A DNA stretch of 64,000 nt from Bdellovibrionota bacterium (GTDB lineage Bacteria > Bdellovibrionota_C > UBA2361 > OMII01): contig JBIJBE010000017.1 of NCBI GenBank assembly GCA_044345405.1, positions 1 through 64,000 of the forward strand, given 5' to 3'. The position numbers were made by a program, and so were the translations under genes. Below are positions 39,534-48,751 of the stretch, piece after piece (the stretch's first letter is position 1; each line of letters opens with the position of its first letter). The notes beneath the pieces were generated by a model. The model was given only the letters and a program-made list of their open reading frames with translations. It ran no database searches and had not been told where the DNA came from.

Positions 39534-40001
39534 CCCATTCGTGCGGCGAATTTTCGTTCCCACCTGGCCTAACGACATAAACAAAATTCCACCTGCAAAA
39601 AATAAAGCAAAAGTTGGGAGAATGAATTCTCTTTCCGGTTGCCTAAGATAATTGGGATTATCTGGCAAATACGAAAATTCAATTTTTGCGCCTTCTGTTA
39701 ACCAGTCAGATCCAAGCAAAGTTCCTGTTTGTAGACGTCCAGAGGTATCTTGAAACTCCACCGTATAAAGTGGCCTTCGGATTATTCGTGGGCCGCCAAA
39801 GTGTCCTCGCATCATGCTGTATTTGCCAACCACACCAGGAGGGCTACCGATATCGTTTTCCTTGATTTGAAAGGAACGAACAGTTCCACGGGTAGTAACC
39901 GCATGTCGTACAAAATTGTAGTAATCAAAAAGAAAGTATAGCGAATAACCTAACGAAACTGCGCCTATTAGAATTAAAGCTAAGCGAATTAATTTTATCA
40001 T
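39528..40001 (-). CDS. DUF3592-like membrane protein (cassette)
   Basis: N- and C-terminal TM helices, TRGTV, YTVEF, YLPDNP; low GC; stop lies in attC R''. Confidence 0.75.
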   Translation of the reverse strand: MIKLIRLALILIGAVSLGYSLYFLFDYYNFVRHAVTTRGTVRSFQIKENDIGSPPGVVGKYSMMRGHFGGPRIIRRPLYTVEFQDTSGRLQTGTLLGSDWLTEGAKIEFSYLPDNPNYLRQPEREFILPTFALFFAGGILFMSLGQVGTKIRRTNGR

Positions 40002-40036
40002 TTAACGCAGGTTATACACTGGCAGGCAATTTAGGG

Positions 40037-40129
40037 AGATAACTTTGCGCGGAGCACGGCGAGCCACTCCACAATTTAAATTACATACTCACTTCGCGGG
40101 CTCGCCTGTGTTCCCGCGCTTGGTTAGGC
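40037..40129 (-). other. attC site (93 bp)
   Basis: Minus strand GCCTAAC-CAA-GCGCGG-GAACAC-A-GGCGAGCC ... GGCTCGCC-GTG-CT-CCGCGC-AAA-GTTATCT. Confidence 0.85.
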
Positions 40130-40483
40130 ATCATCTGCTCCTTCTAACTCTTCGGGCTCGAACTTGTCAGTGCCCATAACACGACCAAAAGCAGAGCCAG
40201 TGGGCGCCTGAAGAAATGGAATGATGGCAGGATCATAATTGCAAAGAGTGTTCACCTCATAAATCGCAAAGTGATCTGGGTTGTCTGAATACTCCTGCGA
40301 CTCGTCACCGGCGAAGAACCTCCAGCCACTGTCATTTTCTTTGTCGGGCTGCTCTCGGTACATGTAGCCAATCCGCGCGCCGTCCACCGTGATGCGGTCT
40401 GACGCGTAGCAGCCGCCCATGTTCGGAATGAGTCTCTGAATCTGGTCGCCTGGAATCTTAAAAGCTTTATCGAGCGGATTCAT
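40124..40483 (-). CDS. DUF2185-domain (putative immunity-type) cassette protein
   Basis: GGCYASDRI, GYMYRE, DSGWRFFAGDE, NTLCNYDPAIIPFL. Confidence 0.85.
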   Translation of the reverse strand: MNPLDKAFKIPGDQIQRLIPNMGGCYASDRITVDGARIGYMYREQPDKENDSGWRFFAGDESQEYSDNPDHFAIYEVNTLCNYDPAIIPFLQAPTGSAFGRVMGTDKFEPEELEGADDA

Positions 40484-40735
40484 ACTAAGATGCCTAACAT
40501 AGGTATTGTGCAGATCCGGCGATCTAGCACGTTACGTGTCAGTAATAGGGTACGGCACCTCGCATCTCTACCTCAACCACAATTAATTCTTCATAATTGC
40601 AGCCGGTTAAGGCGGTCCTCTCTTTCAGGCCTATCCGGTGTGTACGTCGAGTGAGGTAGATCACCGGATCGGCGATTGCATGAAACGCGATCGTTTCGAA
40701 CTCCTATTGAGTAAAACCAGTTCCTCGACGGAAGT

Positions 40736-42109
40736 CTAAAACTCCCCGCACTCACAACGAAGCGCCTCTTCAAGTTGCGGAAGGATATAGGTGTAGCCTG
40801 AATCAACCAACGCTCGTGGAGCCACTCGACAACTCGCAAGGAGCACCGCGTCAGCCACTTCGCCGAACATCAATCGCAATATAGCGGCGGGCACTGGAGC
40901 GATGGTGGGTCTTCGCAAGACCTTGCCAAGGGTCTTCGTGAATTCTCGATTTGTTACAGGCTCTGGCGCCACGGCGTTAAACGCGCCACGCATCGAAGAT
41001 GTGTAGATAGCGTGCTCAAAGATTCCGAGGAGATCTTGAAGCGCTATCCAACTCATGTACTGGCGCCCACTGCCAAGAACGCCCCCCGCGCCAAGTTTAA
41101 AAATCGGAAGCATCTGTTTAAGAGCGCCGCCGGCGGCGTTAAGAACGGTGCCGATCCGAATGTGAACCAGTCTTGTTGAATCGTGGATATTGTCTCGAGA
41201 GCTTGCCTCCCACGCTTTGCATGTCTCAGCAAGAAAGCCGGATCCTGCAGGTGACCGTTCATCGGCAACTGTTTCTCCCGTATCGCCGTAGTAGCCTATC
41301 GCGGAGGCCATAATCACAACCTCAGGCTTACGCTCTAGTTGGGCGATAGTTTTGCAGAGAAGCGCTGATGACTTTGTGCGGCTCTCAAGGATCCTTCGCT
41401 TATACTCTGGGGTCCATCGATGCCCGACGAGGCTCTCTCCGCCGAGATGAATCACGACATCCACTCCCTCAAACACAGAAGGATCGAGCACGTGTCGATC
41501 TGGGTCCCAACTCCTCTCTTCAGGATAGCGAGCGGGGTGACGAACAAGCCGCCGAACGGTGTGGCCAGCGGTTGAGAGGAATGCGCACAGCGCTGATCCT
41601 ATGAATCCGGAGGAGCCGCTTACCAAGATGGTCTTACGAGGAGCGTCTTTGAAGCGCGCGTGCAGATCCAAATCATTCTGTAGAATCATGTGACGGTATC
41701 GAAATAGACGATTCAGCTCTCGGATAACGAGCGGTTTCGCCAAACCGATACCATAGGGAAGAGCGAAGTGTATCTCGTCGCGCATGCAGCACGATCGTTC
41801 GTTGTTCGCGATGAAGCGGTGGTAGTGCTTCCACGATCGAAAGGGACCCCGCACCTGCTCGTCACAAAACTGCTCGTTCTCACGGTATTCCCGATGAATG
41901 AGCCTCCAAGAGATGCCGAGTGGACCCAGCACTGGTATCTTGATGTGGACCGGAGAACCGTCACGGAGAGACTCAGGAGGCTGAATCACCCGGACGGGAC
42001 GCCACGGAGGATTGAATCGCTCAAAGGCGCCGGTTCGCGTGTGCCAGGCGAAAACCTCCGTTGGAGAGTGAGGAAGAACACTTTCCCGGCAAAACGAAGG
42101 ATTTTTCAA
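40736..42109 (-). CDS. TIGR01777-family NAD-dependent epimerase/oxidoreductase with N-terminal SRPBCC domain
   Basis: FAWHTR..FCDEQVRGPFRSWKHYH; SGSSGFIG, ASAIGYYG, GSGRQYMSWI, NAVAPEPVTN. Confidence 0.9.
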   Translation of the reverse strand: MKNPSFCRESVLPHSPTEVFAWHTRTGAFERFNPPWRPVRVIQPPESLRDGSPVHIKIPVLGPLGISWRLIHREYRENEQFCDEQVRGPFRSWKHYHRFIANNERSCCMRDEIHFALPYGIGLAKPLVIRELNRLFRYRHMILQNDLDLHARFKDAPRKTILVSGSSGFIGSALCAFLSTAGHTVRRLVRHPARYPEERSWDPDRHVLDPSVFEGVDVVIHLGGESLVGHRWTPEYKRRILESRTKSSALLCKTIAQLERKPEVVIMASAIGYYGDTGETVADERSPAGSGFLAETCKAWEASSRDNIHDSTRLVHIRIGTVLNAAGGALKQMLPIFKLGAGGVLGSGRQYMSWIALQDLLGIFEHAIYTSSMRGAFNAVAPEPVTNREFTKTLGKVLRRPTIAPVPAAILRLMFGEVADAVLLASCRVAPRALVDSGYTYILPQLEEALRCECGEF

Positions 42110-42114
42110 GATCG

Positions 42115-42546
42115 TTATCCTACTACGCGCTTCGCGATCTCGCTTGCGCTCTTGCCGTCGTATTGGCCAGCGTAGTTGTCTTTGAGATGTTTCATCACCA
42201 CGTTGAGCGCGAGGCCGGGCGTGTTCTCTTTGAGAGTGACGAGGATCTTTTCAAGCTCTTCCGCGGAGAGTTGTTTCGGTAAGAACTCTTCGAGGATAGC
42301 GATCTCAGCCTCAAGTTTAGCTTTCTGCTCAGCTCGGCCCGCTTGCTCTTCAAATTGAATCGCCTCTTGGCGTTTCTTGACCTCACGTTGCACGATTTGA
42401 AGACTCTCAGTAGCTCCGAGCTCATCAACGGATTTTTGCATCTCTTCGTACTGCATCTCACTGAGCACTGAACGGATAGTTTCAAGTCGCAACTTGTCTT
42501 GAGCTTTCATGGCGCTTTTGAGCGCTTCCTTGAGAGTGGCTTTCAT
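42115..42546 (-). CDS. GatB/YqeY domain protein
   Basis: LKSAMKAQDK.RLETIR, KKRQEAI, EIAILEEFLPKQLS, DGK; start ATG 42546. Confidence 0.9.
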   Translation of the reverse strand: MKATLKEALKSAMKAQDKLRLETIRSVLSEMQYEEMQKSVDELGATESLQIVQREVKKRQEAIQFEEQAGRAEQKAKLEAEIAILEEFLPKQLSAEELEKILVTLKENTPGLALNVVMKHLKDNYAGQYDGKSASEIAKRVVG

Positions 42547-42587
42547 GGTGTGTGGTCTTATCCTTAAGGTTTCAAAACGGCAACCGA

Positions 42588-42992
42588 CTACTTCTTGCGA
42601 TATCCCTCGATGAACTCCTGGAGCTTCTTCGCCGTCTCGGCGCTGATGAGATGCTCCGTTTTGCACGAGTCTATCTCAGCTTGCTCTGGTCGTACGTTGA
42701 GTATATTCGCCAAAAAATCGTACAAGATGTTCTTTCTCATGAGCACAGCCCGAGCTACGGCTTCGCCCTCCTCGGAAAGCGCGAGAAACTTGTTCTCGTC
42801 CTCAAGAATAAGGTTCTTCGCCTTGAGAGACTTTAAGTTGATGGAGGCGCTTCCCGTGGTGATGTTAAGCTCCCGAGCGACGTCCGTTACACGGGCGTAC
42901 CCGCGCTTCTCTCGCAGCTCAAGGATCGCGAGAAGATGATGAGCGGCGCTGTGGGTAATATTGTTCTCTTCGAACTTCTTCCAAATATCCAT
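42588..42992 (-). CDS. DtxR/MntR-family metal-dependent transcriptional regulator
   Basis: ARVTDVARELNIT..SAS wHTH, LSEEG, CKTEHLIS; GAGGTAAGG RBS. Confidence 0.9.
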   Translation of the reverse strand: MDIWKKFEENNITHSAAHHLLAILELREKRGYARVTDVARELNITTGSASINLKSLKAKNLILEDENKFLALSEEGEAVARAVLMRKNILYDFLANILNVRPEQAEIDSCKTEHLISAETAKKLQEFIEGYRKK

Positions 42993-43059
42993 TACCTTAC
43001 CTCTTCACTAAGGACCCTCCGAACTTGTTGTGCCGGAGGGGCGATGGTTTCGTGGAGAT

Positions 43060-43091
43060 CTATAGTTGATAAATCTACTCAACTATAGTTG
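43060..43091. promoter_or_regulatory. Palindromic putative operator between the regulator and the sco-cox operon
   Basis: CTATAGTTGA-N9-TCAACTATAG plus overlapping CAACTATAGTTG palindrome. Confidence 0.6.
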
Positions 43092-43239
43092 GGAGAGTAC
43101 TAAGGGGGGTTATGCATGTCAAACATTTGTTGGTGTGTGGATAATGATGGTTTGGTGAGAGTTATGTTGGGTATAAAGAGCCGATTAGACCGGCCAGTTG
43201 GTTGAAAAGATTTTGTATTTAGCCGATGATTTAGGGACC

Positions 43240-44088
43240 ATGGCAACCTATGGCCCCACCCTCACTGCATACGCCAGACGCACCATTCTCGTTATGGCTC
43301 TGTGCTGCTGTGCGGTGTTCCTTGCTCCGATGAGGGCGCAGGCGATTGAAGATCCTGGCGCTATGGCCGCGCAAGATGTTGGTATATTTACACAATTAGG
43401 GACTCAGGTTGATCTCAATCGACCATTCACGGATGTTAACGGCGTTACAAAGCCGCTGAAGGATTTCGCACTTCCGGGGAAGCCCATCGTAATCGCTCCC
43501 GTCTACTACAAGTGTCCGCGGTTGTGCGGTCTCCTCCTGAACGGAGTGTATGACCTCCTTAATGAGCTTCCGTTGAAGCTATCCAACGATTACTCGGTTC
43601 TGGTGGTTGGGTTTGACCCAACCGAGACCCCGACAGACGCCAAAGCGGTGATGGATAAATTTAACGCGCGACTGGAGGGTGATGCTCTCAAGGGGAGCGG
43701 GGCGATACACTATGTAGTGGGAACGCCGGAGAACGTCTCGGCGCTCATGAACGAACTAGGGTTTAAGTTCGTGAAAGATGGAGTAGATTTTGCTCACTCG
43801 GCGGCGGTTATGATATTGACCTCAAGTGGCCTCATCTCGCAATATTTCACCGGGATAATGTTCCCGTCGTGGGATGTGCGCCTCTCGCTAGTCGAAGCCT
43901 CTAAAGGTGGTATCGGTACCGCTATAGATCATTTTTTGCTCTACTGCTTCCGATTTGATGCCGTCAAAGGTAGATACACGTGGGCGGTTATAGGTTTGCT
44001 TCGAGTTGGAGGCGCGCTTACGCTCATCGGTCTCGGTCTTGTGTATTATTTCTTTGTCAGGAATCGCCGAGGTTCCGCAGCAAGCTAG
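43240..44088 (+). CDS. SCO1/SenC-family copper chaperone
   Basis: YYKCPRLC (CxxxC), FAHSA His, C-terminal TM helix. Confidence 0.9.
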   Translation: MATYGPTLTAYARRTILVMALCCCAVFLAPMRAQAIEDPGAMAAQDVGIFTQLGTQVDLNRPFTDVNGVTKPLKDFALPGKPIVIAPVYYKCPRLCGLLLNGVYDLLNELPLKLSNDYSVLVVGFDPTETPTDAKAVMDKFNARLEGDALKGSGAIHYVVGTPENVSALMNELGFKFVKDGVDFAHSAAVMILTSSGLISQYFTGIMFPSWDVRLSLVEASKGGIGTAIDHFLLYCFRFDAVKGRYTWAVIGLLRVGGALTLIGLGLVYYFFVRNRRGSAAS

Positions 44089-44130
44089 TGAGACCGGAAG
44101 GATTTTTTAGGAGTAACGATAGAGACTGGT

Positions 44131-45435
44131 ATGTTGGGACTGTTAGGACAGCAAGGCTCTGACTTTGCACACAAAGTAGATTACGCCCACGATGTAGTTA
44201 CGATCATCTCCGTCATCTGCACGGTAGCGATCGTAGGCGTAATGTTATACTTCGCCGTTATCTACCGTCAGCGTGATGGCAAGGACCACGAGACTCCACG
44301 CATCGAGGGTAACAACACCCTTGAGATTATATGGACTGTTTTTCCGACCCTCGTATGTATCTGGGTCGCTTGGCTCGGATACGATTCCTTCGTGGCTCTT
44401 CGCACTCCTCCAGCGAACGCGATGGAGGTTAACGTTACGGGTCGTAAGTGGGCCTGGGATTTCACCTATAAGAACGGTAAGAAAACGACAGGCGAGCTCG
44501 TTGTTCCTGTCGATGAGCCAGTCAAGCTTGTCATGACCGCCAAAGATGTTCTTCACTCGTTCTTTGTGCCGGTGATGCGAACCAAGGCAGACGTTATTCC
44601 AGGTCGCTACACCTATGAGTGGTTCCGTCCGATTCAAACCGGAGACTTCCAGGTTTTCTGTACTGAGTACTGTGGAAACGAGCACTCAAAGATGTTGGCT
44701 CGCCTCAAGGTTCTTCCAAAGGCTGAGTTCGAGCGATGGCTCGCTGATGACAGCGAAGCTCGCAAGCTAGCTTCGCTCAAGCCTTCAGATCGAGGTAAAG
44801 AGCTGTACGTTTCGAAGCAGTGTGTAACGTGTCACAGCTTGGATGGTTCTCAACGAGTAGGTCCGTCCTGGCTCAAGATCTTCGGCAAGGAAGGTAAACT
44901 CGCGGACGGTTCGACCTATAAAGTTGATGAGAACTACATCCGTGAGTCGATCCTTCAGCCTCAGGCCAAAGTTGTTCAAGGGTACCCAGCGATGGGCATG
45001 CCGAGCTACCAAGGGCAGCTCTCGGATGATGATATCACCGGCCTCATCGAGTTCATGAAGACCCTCGATGGAACTCAGAAAGTTGAGGTTGCGCCAGCTC
45101 TTCCGAAGAAGAGCGCCGCGTCCACAGCTGGCATGACACCGGCTGAGCGAGGAAAAGCTCTCGTGAACGATTCGGGCAACCTCTGTGCCACATGTCACAG
45201 CATCGATGGCTCAGCGATGGTCGGTCCATCCTTCAAGGGTCTCTACGGACGTAAGGAGAAGCTCTCTGATGGTAGCGAAGTTACCGTCGATGACGCCTAC
45301 ATTAAGGAGTCGATCTACAAGCCGATGGCTAAGATCGTCCAAGGATACGGTCCGGTAATGCCAGCTATGTACGAGGGCAAGCTCTCGGATCAAGACGTGG
45401 CGGATATCACTGAGTACTTAAAGACGCTCAAATAA
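44131..45435 (+). CDS. coxB: Cytochrome c oxidase subunit II with two fused cytochrome c domains
   Basis: LEIIWT, DVLHSF, CuA motif CTEYCGNEHSKM, two CxxCH (CVTCH, CATCH). Confidence 0.95.
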   Translation: MLGLLGQQGSDFAHKVDYAHDVVTIISVICTVAIVGVMLYFAVIYRQRDGKDHETPRIEGNNTLEIIWTVFPTLVCIWVAWLGYDSFVALRTPPANAMEVNVTGRKWAWDFTYKNGKKTTGELVVPVDEPVKLVMTAKDVLHSFFVPVMRTKADVIPGRYTYEWFRPIQTGDFQVFCTEYCGNEHSKMLARLKVLPKAEFERWLADDSEARKLASLKPSDRGKELYVSKQCVTCHSLDGSQRVGPSWLKIFGKEGKLADGSTYKVDENYIRESILQPQAKVVQGYPAMGMPSYQGQLSDDDITGLIEFMKTLDGTQKVEVAPALPKKSAASTAGMTPAERGKALVNDSGNLCATCHSIDGSAMVGPSFKGLYGRKEKLSDGSEVTVDDAYIKESIYKPMAKIVQGYGPVMPAMYEGKLSDQDVADITEYLKTLK

Positions 45436-45447
45436 AGGGTAGTAACT

Positions 45448-47073
45448 ATGGCAGCGCACGCATCAGCAGCAGTAAACGAGGAATTAAACTACCTCAATTG
45501 GCAGAAGGGTATCTGGTCATGGCTTACATCCACTGACCACAAGCGAATTTGCTTCCTGTACCTTTACGCGATCATCTTCTTCTTCCTTGCGGGCGGCATT
45601 GCCGCTCTCTTGGTTCGAACTGAGTTGGCGTTCGCAGGACCAACGATCATTACGGACCCGCACACCTACAACGTACTCTTCACGATGCACGGGGTGTTCA
45701 TGATCTTCCTCTTCGTCGTTCCGGGAATTCCCGCGACACTTGGAAACTTCCTTATTCCGCTCATGATCGGAGCCAAGGATGTGGCGTTCCCTCGTCTCAA
45801 TCTCTTCAGCTGGTACGTGTACATGATCGGCGCAGCTATCGGAGCTGTCGCGATGTTCAACCCAATCGATACTGGATGGACCTTCTACGCGCCCTACAGC
45901 ACGACGACCGGGACCTCCGTAAGCTTGATGGTTTTCGCCGCGTTCGTGCTCGGGTTCTCATCGATCCTTACCGGACTTAACTTCATCGTTACGATCCACC
46001 AGCTTCGCGCCCCTGGCATGACCTGGATGCGACTACCAGTATTCATCTGGGCATCCTACGCGACCGCGGTTATTCAGACGGTTGCGACCCCGGTAGTGGG
46101 AATGACCCTCCTCCTTATCATCGCTGAGCGCGCGTTCGGTGCTGGTATTTTCGATCCATCGAAGGGTGGTGACCCAGTACTTATGGAACATCTCTTCTGG
46201 TTCTACTCTCACCCAGTAGTATACATCATGGTGCTTCCAGCGTTCGGCGTGGTTGGAGAGATCATCCCGGTGTTCTCACGTAAGCCGCTCTTCGGATACA
46301 AGATGGTGGTGGTATCCTCGATGGCTATCGCCGCGGTTGGATTCATCGTGTGGGCTCACCACATGTTCGTAGCGGGCATCTCGGACTTCTCGGCTAAGTT
46401 CTTCTCGATCGTAACCTTCCTCGTAGCTATCCCGACCGCCATTAAGGTGTTCAACTGGGTGAGCACGATGTACAAGGGGTCGATCTCCTTCAAGACGCCG
46501 ATGCTCTACGCGATGGCGTTCGTGTTCCTCTTCATGGTAGCGGGAACAACCGGTATCTATCTCGCGATGCTTGGAGTTGACGTGTACTACCACGATACGT
46601 ATTTCGTTGTGGCGCACTTCCACTACACCATTCAGGGTGGAGCGGTAATCGGACTCATCGCAGCGCTTCACTTCTGGTTCCCGAAGATGACGGGCAAGAT
46701 GTACAACGAAACCGTTTCGAAGTTCGCGTTCGCTGCGCTCTTCATCGGATTTAACCTCACGTTCATTCCGCAGTTCATCCTCGGAATGAATGGTATGCCT
46801 CGTCGATATTACGACTACCCAGTTGAGTATCAGACGTTGCACACCATTTCGACGTTAGGAGCGTACCTCAACGGCTTCGGCTATAGTTTCGCGCTTGTGA
46901 ACCTTCTTTGGACCGCGCTGTTCGGGAAGGTGAAGGCTCCCCGCAATCCGTACAACTCTCATGGCTTAGAGTGGCAGACTCAGTCACCTCCTATTCACGA
47001 GAACTTCGCGGAGATCCCAGTTGTGACCGAGGAGCCGTACAGCTACGGAACGCCCACAGGACGTGGCCACTAA
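45448..47073 (+). CDS. coxA: Cytochrome c oxidase subunit I (A2 type)
   Basis: TDHKRI, FPRLN, GWTFY, FWFYSHPVVY, VWAHHM, VVAHFHY, GMPRR. Confidence 0.97.
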   Translation: MAAHASAAVNEELNYLNWQKGIWSWLTSTDHKRICFLYLYAIIFFFLAGGIAALLVRTELAFAGPTIITDPHTYNVLFTMHGVFMIFLFVVPGIPATLGNFLIPLMIGAKDVAFPRLNLFSWYVYMIGAAIGAVAMFNPIDTGWTFYAPYSTTTGTSVSLMVFAAFVLGFSSILTGLNFIVTIHQLRAPGMTWMRLPVFIWASYATAVIQTVATPVVGMTLLLIIAERAFGAGIFDPSKGGDPVLMEHLFWFYSHPVVYIMVLPAFGVVGEIIPVFSRKPLFGYKMVVVSSMAIAAVGFIVWAHHMFVAGISDFSAKFFSIVTFLVAIPTAIKVFNWVSTMYKGSISFKTPMLYAMAFVFLFMVAGTTGIYLAMLGVDVYYHDTYFVVAHFHYTIQGGAVIGLIAALHFWFPKMTGKMYNETVSKFAFAALFIGFNLTFIPQFILGMNGMPRRYYDYPVEYQTLHTISTLGAYLNGFGYSFALVNLLWTALFGKVKAPRNPYNSHGLEWQTQSPPIHENFAEIPVVTEEPYSYGTPTGRGH

Positions 47074-47109
47074 GAGATTAAGAAAGGTTTACTATTAGAC
47101 AGGGATGTT

Positions 47110-47772
47110 ATGAGTGCAGTCGCCCATCCAATCGTTGATCACAACGTACCCGCGGGGGATCCCCCACATATCCATCACATGGATACGCAGACAGCGTACG
47201 GAGCCGCAAAGCTCGGTATGTGGCTCTTCCTCGGAACAGAAATCCTTCTTTTCGCGGTGATGTTCTGTAGCTTCGCGGTCATGCGGTACTACCATTTGGC
47301 TGAGTTCCATGACGCGAGTAAGCACCTTAACCTTTGGGCTGGTGGTTTCAACACTATCGTACTCCTGATCTCCAGCTTCACCGCAGCGGTTGCCGTAACG
47401 AAGGCTCAAAAAGGTGACAACGCAGGCGTCGTAAAGAACTTCGGCATCAGTATCGTCTGCGGACTTATCTTCCTTTGCGTAAAGGGATATGAGTACTTCG
47501 AGAAGGCGCATCACGGAATGTTCCCATTCGTGTGGAACTCAGACTTCTACCACTACAAGAACTTCCTTGGCCTCTACTTCTGCATGTCAGGGCTTCATGC
47601 TCTTCACGTGATTATCGGTATGGCGCTCCTGTACTGGTACGGAGTTCGGCCAGCGATGAACAATCGATTTTCTGGGAAGTATTACACCCCGGTTGAACTC
47701 GGCGCCCTCTATTGGCACTTGGTAGACCTCATCTGGATCTACCTCTTCCCGCTCCTCTACTTAGTTGGATAG
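47110..47772 (+). CDS. coxC: Cytochrome c oxidase subunit III
   Basis: GMWLFLGTE, NTIVLLISS, GLHALHV, YWHLVDLIW. Confidence 0.95.
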   Translation: MSAVAHPIVDHNVPAGDPPHIHHMDTQTAYGAAKLGMWLFLGTEILLFAVMFCSFAVMRYYHLAEFHDASKHLNLWAGGFNTIVLLISSFTAAVAVTKAQKGDNAGVVKNFGISIVCGLIFLCVKGYEYFEKAHHGMFPFVWNSDFYHYKNFLGLYFCMSGLHALHVIIGMALLYWYGVRPAMNNRFSGKYYTPVELGALYWHLVDLIWIYLFPLLYLVG

Positions 47773-47790
47773 CTCTAGGAGATTCTACAC

Positions 47791-48177
47791 ATGGCACATT
47801 CACACTCACATTCGCACGGTCACGAGGAGATCGGTCACGTAGTTCCTGAGAGCACCTTCCTCAAGGTTCTCATCGCCCTCCTTGTGCTCACCGTTGTCAC
47901 GGTACTTGCCGCACAGGTAGATCTTGGTAAGTGGAACATTGTAGGCGCTCTCGTGATTGCTTCGATCAAGGCGAGCCTTGTTATCGCGATCTTCATGCAC
48001 GGTAAGTACGAGAACAAGATTATCTGGACCTACATACTGATTCCGTTCATTTTGCTCGCTATCATGATCGGCGGCATCTTCACGGACGATCCGTTCCGCT
48101 CTCATCCGCTTCCGTTCGGCGCTCAAGGGCAGCAGGCTGCCGCCCCAGCGGCTCCGAGCGCCTCGGCGCATCACTAA
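47791..48177 (+). CDS. coxD: Cytochrome c oxidase subunit IV (CtaF/COX4_pro)
   Basis: Three TM helices, IASIKASLV..FMH motif, His-rich N-terminus. Confidence 0.88.
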   Translation: MAHSHSHSHGHEEIGHVVPESTFLKVLIALLVLTVVTVLAAQVDLGKWNIVGALVIASIKASLVIAIFMHGKYENKIIWTYILIPFILLAIMIGGIFTDDPFRSHPLPFGAQGQQAAAPAAPSASAHH

Positions 48178-48197
48178 TAGCACGGTTGATAATTGTG

Positions 48198-48234
48198 AAA
48201 GCGGCGCGTGGGGAGACTCACGCGCCGCTTTTTT
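48198..48234 (+). terminator. Terminator of the cox operon
   Basis: AAAGCGGCGCGTG-loop-CACGCGCCGCTTTTTT. Confidence 0.85.
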
Positions 48235-48284
48235 GTATGTACACCACACGCGATCGGCCTGAAATTTATACGGGTAGAGTTACG

Positions 48285-48411
48285 GTGACTGTTCGAGTTT
48301 CAAGTGGCTCAAAGCGGATATTCCTCCGCGGCTCGCCACGGAGATGTTCGTACGTAAGCCACGGGGCTTTTCTTGCTAATGCAGGAGGGGTGGTAACACC
48401 TCTCCTTTTTT
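48285..48411 (+). ncRNA. Candidate small structured RNA
   Basis: Long imperfect hairpin 48304-48362 followed by its own terminator; no convincing ORF; 5' end is a guess. Confidence 0.35.
48383..48411 (+). terminator. Orphan rho-independent terminator
   Basis: AGGAGGGGTG-GTAA-CACCTCTCCT-TTTTT. Confidence 0.75.
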
Positions 48412-48751
48412 ATGTGCTCGAATAACTCGCGGCCTCGAACACAACCAAGGAACCGAAAGGTATCTCTACCTTCCCGCACACGATTAAGCCGGGGGGCCTA
48501 CCCACCGCGCAGGCTCGATAAGGTTGGCGCGGCCTGTGATCAGCGTCCTAGCTTTACGGCCCCATATCTTAGAAAAGGGGATTTTTGATGAGAGGTAACG
48601 CCGATAGGTGATTGTAATGCCCCAATATCGTGTTTGGTATTAGGGTCTTAGCTCATCCTTAAGAACTCCTGGTTTTTAGCCGATATCCCCGGAAGTTGAT
48701 TCGGCTCGCAAAGCTTTGCTACAAGATTGCTCCGGAACTGGGAACGCATCG

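Larger units (their letters stand above)
37413..40540 (-). mobile_element. Integron gene-cassette array lacking an adjacent integrase (CALIN)
   Basis: At least five attC-like hairpins, all oriented on the minus strand; cassette ORFs end in TAA(C) of R''; cassette start/end complementarity 10/10, 10/10 and 8/10; no intI in the window. Confidence 0.85.

Noticed and set aside
40540-40735. Integron integrase remnant or attI upstream of the array
   Set aside because: Manual translation shows no tyrosine-recombinase motifs; at most a decayed unrelated reading frame and half an attC
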